Of a stretch of 64,000 bases of DNA, positions 29,801 to 38,014 are shown piece by piece. The position numbers were made by a program, and so were the translations under genes. The notes beneath the pieces are model-generated. The model was not told where the DNA came from, did no database searches, and worked only from the letters and a program-made list of their open reading frames with translations. The stretch comes from an uncultured Chitinophagales bacterium (GTDB lineage Bacteria; Bacteroidota; Bacteroidia; Chitinophagales; BACL12). How positions within the stretch are numbered: position 1 is the first letter of the stretch; the number at the start of each line of letters is the position of its first letter. Location: positions 6,500-70,499 of the forward strand of contig CAZBHH010000001.1 in the NCBI GenBank assembly GCA_964492065.1, given 5' to 3'.

Positions 29801-30096
29801 TACGGGCTGACGGTGAAACGGATCTCACGCAAACAGTAATCCGGGGCACCAAAACCAGATTGCGCCCGGTACTGATGACGGCACTCGTCGCATCGCTTGG
29901 CTTTTTGCCGATGGCCTTAAGCCACAACGCCGGCGCCGAAGTGCAGCGCCCACTGGCAACCGTCGTTATCGGCGGCCTGCTCCTCGCCACCTTTCTCACC
30001 TTGTTTGTTCTGCCGGTACTCTATATTCTGTTTGAAAAATTTGCACCGGGAAAAAATAATTCAATTACTCAAACGCCAGGAAATGAAAACGAATAA
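26878..30096 (+). CDS. czcA: Heavy-metal efflux RND transporter, CzcA type
   Basis: LPIDAVPDITDNQVQ, TM4 DFGLIVDGAVIIVE, RLRPVLMTALVASLGFLPM. Confidence 0.93.
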   Translation: MLNNIIAFSVKNKLIIGLFIIALIGYGSYQLTHLPIDAVPDITDNQVQVITVTPSLGAPDVERLITFPIEQANSNIPGLKEIRSFSRFGLSLITIVFEDDVDVYWARQQVTERLKIAEQEIPAGIGSPELAPVTTGLGEIYQYVLRTKPGYESQYDATALRTIQDWIVRRQLLGVKGVADVSSFGGRVKQYEIAVNPDVLKSNGIAISDVFEALEKNNENTGGAYIERSSTVLYIRTEGLIGSVEDIQNIVVKNTGNGTPLLIKHIADVRIGQAIRYGTMTYNDEGEVAGAVVMMLKGGNSSEVIKNVKAQIAQIEKTLPEGVVIEPFLDRTKMVNNAIDTVTTNLLEGALIVIFVLVLFLGNFRAGILVASVIPLSMLFAVIMMNIFGVSGNLMSLGALDFGLIVDGAVIIVEAVMHSMMVKGSILKVNAMPAVAGVMHTETAGQRQKLTQGEMDAEVQRSASRMMNSAVFGQIIILIVYLPIFTLEGIEGKMFRPMAQTVAFALLGAFLLSLTYIPMMSALFLTKNTKHKRNISDRMMHAIESFYQKWLKRVLHYPKTVIGFAIFLFAIAIFIFSRMGGEFIPELPEGDFAVSTIVLTGSSLDASVDAVTKSAHILLEKFPEVEKVVGKTGSGEIPTDPMPIEASDMMIILKDKSEWTSAKTWDALAEKMNLALQDVPGVAYSFQYPVAMRFNELMTGAKQDVVCKIFGENLDTLSKYSKLLGDIAGKIEGTESIYVEPIDGLPQLVIQFNRDAIAQYGLNISDVNNVINTAFAGQSSGQVYEDERRFDLVVRLAEEKRRSVEDVRNLLVSTPQGSQIPLYQIADVSIRESVNQIQRENANRRIIVGFNVNGRDVESIVHDLQSGVESELKLPPGYYVTYGGAFENLTEAKKRLALAVPISLLLIFILLYFAFHSVKQGLLIYSAIPLSAIGGIFLLAARGIPFSISAGIGFIALFGVAVLNGIVLIAEFNRIRADGETDLTQTVIRGTKTRLRPVLMTALVASLGFLPMALSHNAGAEVQRPLATVVIGGLLLATFLTLFVLPVLYILFEKFAPGKNNSITQTPGNENE

Positions 30097-31420
30097 TAAA
30101 TCAATTCCAGTATGCTGCATTACGGCTCTCCGGCAGTTGTACCGCAAATACCTGTCGATGGTTTTATCTAACCAAATAACAAAAAGAAAATATCGCATGC
30201 AGAATCTGCTCTGTTTGGTCTTGTTGATTTGCTTTGATACCGGTGTCGGTATTTCGCAACAGCCCATTCATCTGCAAGGTGCAATCGATACTGCCCTGAA
30301 AAATAACTTAACCATGCGAAATGAAATGTTGTATTCCGAATACCTGGAAAAATTACAGGCCACTGCTTTTGATATTCCGCAGACAACACTGGCAGGTGAA
30401 TACGGTCAGTTTAATTCCGCCTTTTACGACAATAAATGGGGAATTGCACAGGGAATCAGCTTTCCCACAGTTTACCTGAAACAAAAGTCGCTTTTGGAGG
30501 AAACGTACAAATCCGGGGTAATGCATCTTGCATTAAAGGAAGTTGAATTAAAGCAGCAGGTCAGCTCGGTATTTTACCGCCTTATCTACCTGGACGCCAA
30601 ACAGCAAATTCTCATCGAAGCGGATTCCGCCTATGTCAGTTTTTTGGAACAGGCAAACCTCCGTTTTGAAAAAGGCGAAACGAATATCCTGGAAAAAACA
30701 ACAGCCGAAATGCTGCGAGGTCAGATTCATCTGCAGTTGCAACACATTCAACAGGAAATAGAAATACTCCGGCTTCAATTTCAACTGTTGCTCAATGCGG
30801 TTACCCCATATTATCCGGCAGCCGAAGGTTTAAAAATGCCGTATCGCACCGGGCCGGACACTTCGGCATTGGCGTATCATCCGGCAGTACAGTTATTACA
30901 GCAGGAAAAAACAATGGCTGTATTAAATACGCAACTGGAGAAATCGAGACTTTTGCCCGATTTGAGTGTTGCCTTTAACTCGATGAGCCAACAGGGAATG
31001 GGCGCCGATGATATTTACTATCCGAAATCCGAACGGTTTGGTTCTGTCCAATTCGGTGTCGGCATCCCTTTGTTTTTCGGAGCACAGAAAGCGAAGATTC
31101 GCTCGGCAAAGACATTGGAGCAAATCAGTGAAAACAACCTGGCTATCGGGTTACAATCGCTGAAAACCGATTGCGCTTCTGCACTGAGCAACTACAATAA
31201 TCAACTGGCGATCGTGCAATATTTTGAAGAAACCGCCCTGCGCAATGCAGATACTATTGTACAGACAGCGACACGCCAGTTTGAAAACGGGGATATCAAT
31301 TATTTAGAATGGACAATGCTCATCAACAATGCAATAACCATCCGCAGCGATTACCTGGATGCCGTTAATGCATTGAATCAAAGTATTATTCAATTGGAGT
31401 ATTTCAGCAATTCGAGATGA
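30083..31420 (+). CDS. TolC/CzcC-family outer-membrane efflux protein (start uncertain: 30083, 30158 or 30197)
   Basis: RFEKGETNILE and FENGDINYLEW TolC repeat motifs; lies between RND and adaptor genes. Confidence 0.85.
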   Translation: MKTNNKSIPVCCITALRQLYRKYLSMVLSNQITKRKYRMQNLLCLVLLICFDTGVGISQQPIHLQGAIDTALKNNLTMRNEMLYSEYLEKLQATAFDIPQTTLAGEYGQFNSAFYDNKWGIAQGISFPTVYLKQKSLLEETYKSGVMHLALKEVELKQQVSSVFYRLIYLDAKQQILIEADSAYVSFLEQANLRFEKGETNILEKTTAEMLRGQIHLQLQHIQQEIEILRLQFQLLLNAVTPYYPAAEGLKMPYRTGPDTSALAYHPAVQLLQQEKTMAVLNTQLEKSRLLPDLSVAFNSMSQQGMGADDIYYPKSERFGSVQFGVGIPLFFGAQKAKIRSAKTLEQISENNLAIGLQSLKTDCASALSNYNNQLAIVQYFEETALRNADTIVQTATRQFENGDINYLEWTMLINNAITIRSDYLDAVNALNQSIIQLEYFSNSR

Positions 31421-31500
31421 TACTGTTGATTGATGAAACTGCAAAATACAATGGTTTTAATACGATATACACATAATACAAAACATAATAAAATAAACAC

Positions 31501-32700
31501 ATGAAACCTATAAGCAATACAATATCGAAATGCGCCGGGATTCCGGCAATTGCAATAGCCGCTTGTTTAATACTGCTTGCCGCCTTTGCACTAACCTTGC
31601 AGTCATGCGGTAAGAAGCAGGCAGCGCCGGAACCGGAAACCGGTGGCGAAACGCCAATGGAAAACACCGTTGTACTCACCGATGCACAATTAAAGAATGC
31701 GGATATTCAGGCCGCCCCGATAAAACAGCAGCGCATTTCTACCCATCTGAAGGTAAACGGAGTAATTGATGTTCCGCCACAAAACATGGTATCGATCAGC
31801 GTGCCGCTCGGCGGTTATTTAAAGTCCACATCCCTGCTGGAAGGTTCTCATGTAAATAAGGGTGAAGTGATTGCTATTCTGGAAGACCCGCAGTATATCC
31901 AATTGCAACAGGATTATCTCATGGCTAAAGCGCAACTGGCGGCATTGGAAAAAGAATACCGGCGCCAGGAAGAGCTCAACCGCAGTAAGGCGAGCAGCGA
32001 CAAAGTGTTGGAAAATGCAGAAGCCGACTACACCGCACAGTTGGTCATGGTCAATGCGTTGTCGGAAAAACTAAAACTCATCCATATCAATCCTGAAACA
32101 TTAAATGAAAATTCCATTTCGAGAACCATCACCATTCAATCGCCAATTGATGGATTTGTAACACATGTCAATATGAATATCGGGAAATATATTGCGCCGA
32201 CGGATGTATTATTTGAGCTGGTAAACCCGTCTGATATTCACCTGACGCTTACAGTATTTGAAAAAGATCTCGACAAATTGTTTATCGGCCAGAAGGTTCT
32301 CGCCTACAGCAATGCGCACCCAAATAAAAAATACCCCTGTGAAATTATCCTTATCGGGCGGGACTTGTCGCACGAACGGGCGGTAACCGTACATTGCCAT
32401 TTTGAGCAATACGATAAAGCGCTGATTCCCGGTATGTTTATGAATGCGGAAATCGAAGTCGCTTCTACTGAGGCGGTGGCAATTCCGGAGGATGGGTTAG
32501 TACATTTTGCAGGGAAATATTACGTCTTCATTCAGGCGGATACCCATACATACCATATGCAGGAAGTCATAACCGGAGCCACTGAAAACGGATTGACAGA
32601 AATCGCTTTTCCCGACAGTTCCGGAATGGATGATAAAATATTTGTAACCCGCGGCGCCTATACCCTTTTAATGAAACTGAAAAATACCGGAGAAGAATAA
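31501..32700 (+). CDS. czcB: RND periplasmic adaptor subunit (CzcB-like), lipoprotein
   Basis: LQSC lipobox, lipoyl-like halves (VPLGGYLK; IQSPIDGFV), LIPGMFMNAEI. Confidence 0.9.
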   Translation: MKPISNTISKCAGIPAIAIAACLILLAAFALTLQSCGKKQAAPEPETGGETPMENTVVLTDAQLKNADIQAAPIKQQRISTHLKVNGVIDVPPQNMVSISVPLGGYLKSTSLLEGSHVNKGEVIAILEDPQYIQLQQDYLMAKAQLAALEKEYRRQEELNRSKASSDKVLENAEADYTAQLVMVNALSEKLKLIHINPETLNENSISRTITIQSPIDGFVTHVNMNIGKYIAPTDVLFELVNPSDIHLTLTVFEKDLDKLFIGQKVLAYSNAHPNKKYPCEIILIGRDLSHERAVTVHCHFEQYDKALIPGMFMNAEIEVASTEAVAIPEDGLVHFAGKYYVFIQADTHTYHMQEVITGATENGLTEIAFPDSSGMDDKIFVTRGAYTLLMKLKNTGEE

Positions 32701-32708
32701 ACTATGTA

Positions 32709-35180
32709 TTATTGAATAATAAATGAGCGGATAACGGCATTGCCCTCTCCCGAGAGCAGATGTAAAACATACAACCCCGGAGCCGAACCTTGCAAATCAA
32801 TTTGAAACAATCCGCTGTCGAAGTTTTGCGAGTAAATTTTTTGCCCGTTGATATCAAATATCTCTACCAGAAACGGATATGCAGCAGTGTAACTGCCGTT
32901 CAGTTTGCCGTTACCCGGATTGGGAAAAATGTGCAATGCATAGTCCTCAGCTTTCACCGATTCCCGCAGTGAAAGCGTAGTGAATGTCTGCACTTCTGAA
33001 AAATCCGTCCAGGTATCATCGCATTTTGCCCGCACCTTGTACTGATAGGTGGCAGATGGAATCAAACCCGTTAATAATTTTCTCGGGTAATAGCTAAATT
33101 TCTTTTGCCAGGGCACAGCGCCTTCTGCCCGGTACAACAACATAAACAAGTCGCTCTCATCCGCCGCTGACCAGTAAATTTTTGCAGTCGTTGCAGTGGC
33201 CATTAATACATCCATTTCAGCAGGCGGGGTACATGCATCATCACCGGTTAATGTTATGGTGACAACCGAATCGCAACCCGTCGAATTGGTAAAATGGAAT
33301 ACATAGGTTCCAATAACTGCAGTGTCACTACCATCTGGTAACATATACACTTCCTCGTCATCCAATTCCACTTCTATTGCAGTAGCAGAGCTATTGCCGA
33401 CAGAGATGGAGTATTTGGAAAGCAAACCGGTAAACGGCGGACTGCCGGCGAGGATCCGCACATAATAATTGCCCTGAGGCACGTCAGAAATACCACACGT
33501 TATTTCACCATCTGCAGTTGTTCCTTCCAGTGTAATCGCTGACCCGCCTGCATCTACCGGCACTAATTGAGCGCTGAACACATTCCCGGCATCGAACAGG
33601 CCGACGATATCAAAGTAAACGTGCATTGAATCCCCGTTGCAATACGCAGTATTATCTGTTCCTTCGACTAACAGTATTTTCGAATTACATTCCGCACTCA
33701 CCGTTAATACATTCTCGGTATAACGCATCTGCGACTCGATAATAAAATTATCCGGTGGCTCCGGTGTTCCGATGGGCGGAAATTCGGATTCTAATGTATA
33801 AAACGCATCCGGCACATACTGATATAAGGTAGATTCCGGGAGGTCGTCGGTTCCGGCAGGTTGAATAGTTCCGGTGATATTATTGCCATATTCAAAATGG
33901 CCGCTTCCGCTTAAATCGTATAACCCGAGCAGGAGGCCATCATTGGTAATTTCATTACCCACAAAATTCTGATAGCCGCCGGCGGCAGCGCTGCTCATAA
34001 AAATGCCGTAGAGTTCTGCACGGTTGCGAAAGAAAGTATTGTATCTGCCATTAGCACCGTGCGAATCGTCTATTACAATATTTTGCACCGTATTGCCCTC
34101 AAATAAATTGGCGTAGGGATAATTGCCGTGTAACACAAGGTCGCCGGCAGAAGACGATGGCAGCCATGTGTCTGTCCAATACGGGTTAATGGAATAATTA
34201 TACGAAACGACATTACCATTGGCTCCTGCCTGTAACAACATGCTGTGGCGCAGATGATTAAAAATATTCCCGGTAATTAAATTATCGCCTGAAGTATAAT
34301 GGATAACCACGCCGTAAGCTCGCCCGCCATCGCCGTAATCGAATGCATCCTGCACATAACATCCGGAAACTTCCGAATGCGTGGTCGTATGCAATTCGAT
34401 ATGCGCATAATTACAACCGTAACTTGCCACTCCACGCACCCAACATTCGGCTGCATACTTGAAATAAATATTTGAAAAGTTTTTTACGGTCTGATCCTGA
34501 CGCACAATGGACATGTCTTCAATGCCTGTATTGGTCTTCATATTCAGTTGTTTCAACTGTACTTCCCGGGAAGTAAAAAAATCCCTGCGTATCTCCATAT
34601 CTGCAAACAAGGTATCACCGGCGATACTTTCAATTTTAAAAATTTGTCCGGTAGTTTGAAACGCCCAGTCGCTGGTGACAAGCATTGCATCCTGTTCAAA
34701 CAATTCGACGTAATCACCCGTCTCGAACCCCGAAGCGTCTTCCACCGGTATGGCGTTGGTACCCTTGAAAATATTCGTTGTGCAATAACTTTGAGTACCC
34801 GTCTCTCCACCCTTAATTGTAATGGCATCGGTAGGAATGTTTAAATTAAAGGTAAGTGTAGTATATGCAGCGCCTGCGCCTTTTAACACCATATTGCTTT
34901 TAAGTGCGATGCCCGACTGAAAATAAAAATTTCCCGGCGGAAAGTAAATTGCGGTAAACGATGCACTGATGGTGTCGAGTATACCGGCAATTACGGCATC
35001 ATTTGGGGTAACGCCGTCGCCATTGCCTCCTGCATCCGTAAAGTTAATAATCTGTGTGGGCGTGTAGCAATCGCCGGTGAGTCCGGCCATCTGCCAGTTG
35101 ACTGTACGATCGTCGCTAATTGTTTGACTGCATACAAATGTGGTAATGCCTGCCAATAAGGGTAGTAATATAAGTTTCAT
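32709..35180 (-). CDS. T9SS-secreted right-handed beta-helix (pectate-lyase-superfamily-like) protein with FN3 and type A CTD
   Basis: Signal peptide, GDGVTPND, Asn-ladder repeats, FN3 (YQYKVRAKC), CTD IFPNPG...PGLYVLHL...FIIQ. Confidence 0.8.
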   Translation of the reverse strand: MKLILLPLLAGITTFVCSQTISDDRTVNWQMAGLTGDCYTPTQIINFTDAGGNGDGVTPNDAVIAGILDTISASFTAIYFPPGNFYFQSGIALKSNMVLKGAGAAYTTLTFNLNIPTDAITIKGGETGTQSYCTTNIFKGTNAIPVEDASGFETGDYVELFEQDAMLVTSDWAFQTTGQIFKIESIAGDTLFADMEIRRDFFTSREVQLKQLNMKTNTGIEDMSIVRQDQTVKNFSNIYFKYAAECWVRGVASYGCNYAHIELHTTTHSEVSGCYVQDAFDYGDGGRAYGVVIHYTSGDNLITGNIFNHLRHSMLLQAGANGNVVSYNYSINPYWTDTWLPSSSAGDLVLHGNYPYANLFEGNTVQNIVIDDSHGANGRYNTFFRNRAELYGIFMSSAAAGGYQNFVGNEITNDGLLLGLYDLSGSGHFEYGNNITGTIQPAGTDDLPESTLYQYVPDAFYTLESEFPPIGTPEPPDNFIIESQMRYTENVLTVSAECNSKILLVEGTDNTAYCNGDSMHVYFDIVGLFDAGNVFSAQLVPVDAGGSAITLEGTTADGEITCGISDVPQGNYYVRILAGSPPFTGLLSKYSISVGNSSATAIEVELDDEEVYMLPDGSDTAVIGTYVFHFTNSTGCDSVVTITLTGDDACTPPAEMDVLMATATTAKIYWSAADESDLFMLLYRAEGAVPWQKKFSYYPRKLLTGLIPSATYQYKVRAKCDDTWTDFSEVQTFTTLSLRESVKAEDYALHIFPNPGNGKLNGSYTAAYPFLVEIFDINGQKIYSQNFDSGLFQIDLQGSAPGLYVLHLLSGEGNAVIRSFIIQ

Positions 35181-35273
35181 AAACCAGGAAGTTCAATTGT
35201 ATTGGCAAGCAGTTACCAAAAGTACAGTTAGTTTTTCTTAAGGGCAACCCCCTCGGCAAAAAAAAAATATGTA

Positions 35274-35963
35274 TTACCACTGCACCGGTTCAATATTGTG
35301 TTTTACGAGATATTCGTTTGTTTTACTAAAATGCCGGCATCCAAAAAAGCCTTTATGGACTGAAAAGGGAGAGGGATGCGCCGCCTCAAGAACGAGGTGC
35401 TTTTCCGCATTGATGAGCGCTCTTTTTTCCTGGGCGTACTTGCCCCACAGTAAGAATACCACGTGTTCCCTTCTGGCGCTCAATTGTTTTATTGCCTCGT
35501 CGGTAAAGTACTGCCATCCGATATGTTGATGGCTCGCCGGCTTATTGCTCTCAACCGTAAGCATGGCATTTAATAAAAAAACACCTTGTTGCGCCCAGCG
35601 AGCCAGGTTTCCGGAAGAAGGTATGGGCAGTTGCAAATCGGTTTGCAGTTCTTTAAAAATATTCTCAAGCGAAGGAGGGGGCTTAATACCATCGGGCACA
35701 GAGAAACAGAGCCCGTGTGCCTGACCGGGGCCGTGGTAGGGATCCTGACCTAAAATGACCACCTTCACCTCCTTGAACGGCGTTGAATTAAAGGCATTGA
35801 ATATCAATGGTCCCGGAGGGTAAATCAACTTGCCTTTCTTTTTTTCGGCTTGCAGAAAAGCTTTAATATACAGAAAATACGCCTTTATAAACTCCGACTG
35901 AAGGGCATCCAGCCAACCGGGTTCCAGCGCCGGCAATTTAGATGTAATTTTTTCTTTGTCCAT
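35274..35963 (-). CDS. ung: Uracil-DNA glycosylase family 1
   Basis: ILGQDPYHG, GVFLLN, AAHPSPFS. Confidence 0.96.
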   Translation of the reverse strand: MDKEKITSKLPALEPGWLDALQSEFIKAYFLYIKAFLQAEKKKGKLIYPPGPLIFNAFNSTPFKEVKVVILGQDPYHGPGQAHGLCFSVPDGIKPPPSLENIFKELQTDLQLPIPSSGNLARWAQQGVFLLNAMLTVESNKPASHQHIGWQYFTDEAIKQLSARREHVVFLLWGKYAQEKRALINAEKHLVLEAAHPSPFSVHKGFFGCRHFSKTNEYLVKHNIEPVQW

Positions 35964-36051
35964 TGATCAGCTAACATACAGTATCTTTATAACTTCACAA
36001 TATGAAGTTCAAATTAATTGGTTTTAACTGCACACTTAAAATGAACAAGCC

Positions 36052-37938
36052 ATGGGAATACAAGTGGACGGAAATATCTCCAAACAGGTAAAATTAAAAT
36101 TCATCCATCAGCTTTTAGAAGATGTGGAAGCTTTGGAATATATGGTGGAACACAACTTGTTTGAAGCCGACACGTGGCGTATCGGCGCCGAACAGGAATT
36201 GTGCATCGTCAATGAAGATTGGAAGCCGGCTCCCGATGCACTGCAAATATTAGCTGCCGCAAATGATCTTTCCATCGCAACCGAACTGGCAACTTATAAC
36301 CTCGAAATAAACCTGGACCCGCTGCGCTTGCAACACGATTGTTTCAGCGTGATCCGGCAACAACTGGAAGCAAAATTATCATTGCTGAAGTCCAAGGCAG
36401 CGGAGTTTAACGATAAAATTGTAATGGCGGGAATCTTGCCATCGATTTCCCGCAACGAACTCAGCCTGGAATACCTCACACCCCTTAAGCGATACGAGCA
36501 TTTAAACAATGCGCTGCTGAAAGCCAGGGGATTGAAGTTCGATTTATTCCTAAAAGGCCTGGATGAAATTCACGTGCGCCACGACAACATTTTGTTTGAA
36601 GCGTGCAATACCAGCTTCCAGTGCCACCTGCAACTGCACCCTGCGGATTTTGCCGTTGCATACAACTGGGCGCTAGCCATTTCGGCCCCCGTACTTGCAG
36701 CAGCAACCAATTCTCCTTTGCTACTCGGCAAGGAGCTGTGGAGTGAAATTCGCATTGCATTATTTCAACAGGCGATTGATACGAGGAAAACCATCGATGA
36801 AATACGTGAGCGCAAAGGGCGGGTTACCTTCGGTGAAAACTGGATTAAAAGCAATATTACCGAACTCTATAAATACAATATATCCAATTATCATCCATTG
36901 CTGTTTAAGGAACACCCGGAACACGCCATGGAAAAATTAAAAAAAGGTGAAATACCGGAACTGTATTCGCTGCGGCTGCACAACGGCACTGTCTATAGCT
37001 GGAATCGACTCTGTTACGGCACCGGAAACGGCCAACCTCACCTGCGCCTGGAAAACAGGTACATCCCTGCCGGCCCGACAGTGGCGGACGAAATTGCCAA
37101 TATGGTTTTCTGGACAGGACTAATGGTTAATCCACCGGGAGAGGCTTTTGATATCTGGAATCACTTCAATTTTAAAGATGTGAAATCCAATTTTTTCAAG
37201 GCCGCAAGAACCGGTATGGAATCGGTCTTAATATGGAAGGGAAAACCGATTTCCGCAAAACGACTCATTGAAGAAGAACTGCTGCCATTGGCCTCAATAG
37301 GCCTGAGTAAAGCAGGTGTGGATGCTCGCGATATTCAACTATACCTGGGCATCATTCAGCGCAGGATACAAACGCAAACCGGCGCACAGTGGCAAATACG
37401 GAATTACAGGAAACTGAGAGAAGTAATGGGCCAAAGTGATGCCGTTGTTTCACTCACTCAGAACATCTATCAAAGGCAACAGGAAAATAATGCCGTTTGC
37501 GATTGGACGGATATTGATACAGCAGAAAGCGTGGCCGAGAGGTATAGCAAAATGGTGTACGTGCGGCAACTGATGAGTACCAATTTAATAACCGTATTTC
37601 CCGACGACCTGCTGCTGTTCGTCAATAACGTGATGCAATGGCAGAACATAGGTCATATGCTGATAGAAGACAAAAAAGGCAAGCTGGTAGGTTTGGTAAC
37701 TGCTCCGAGCTTAATCGAATTCATGCAATCGCACGAGTCGTTGCACAATGTAAGCGTAGATCGCATCATGAAGAAAAAAATTATCACCATCGGCCCGGAC
37801 GACACCATTCAAAATGCACTGGAACTGATGCAGAAAAATAATATCACCAGCTTACCCGTAGTCTCCAATGATATTTTGGTGGGTATCGTCACCCGTAAGG
37901 ATATGCTGTGGTGGCTGTCAATGATTAAATCGCATTGA
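36052..37938 (+). CDS. Glutamate-cysteine-ligase-2-like (carboxylate-amine ligase) domain fused to a CBS pair
   Basis: IGAEQEL, ELATYNLEINL, TSFQCHLQ, HLRLENR; C-terminal tandem CBS (ITSLPVV...LVGIVT). Confidence 0.8.
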   Translation: MGIQVDGNISKQVKLKFIHQLLEDVEALEYMVEHNLFEADTWRIGAEQELCIVNEDWKPAPDALQILAAANDLSIATELATYNLEINLDPLRLQHDCFSVIRQQLEAKLSLLKSKAAEFNDKIVMAGILPSISRNELSLEYLTPLKRYEHLNNALLKARGLKFDLFLKGLDEIHVRHDNILFEACNTSFQCHLQLHPADFAVAYNWALAISAPVLAAATNSPLLLGKELWSEIRIALFQQAIDTRKTIDEIRERKGRVTFGENWIKSNITELYKYNISNYHPLLFKEHPEHAMEKLKKGEIPELYSLRLHNGTVYSWNRLCYGTGNGQPHLRLENRYIPAGPTVADEIANMVFWTGLMVNPPGEAFDIWNHFNFKDVKSNFFKAARTGMESVLIWKGKPISAKRLIEEELLPLASIGLSKAGVDARDIQLYLGIIQRRIQTQTGAQWQIRNYRKLREVMGQSDAVVSLTQNIYQRQQENNAVCDWTDIDTAESVAERYSKMVYVRQLMSTNLITVFPDDLLLFVNNVMQWQNIGHMLIEDKKGKLVGLVTAPSLIEFMQSHESLHNVSVDRIMKKKIITIGPDDTIQNALELMQKNNITSLPVVSNDILVGIVTRKDMLWWLSMIKSH

Positions 37939-38014
37939 GAGATAAAAGTTTTGACGGGGCGCTGACCGGGCGCTTCTTGTAAAAATTTTAATTTTAGGCA
38001 ATTAATATTTGCGT

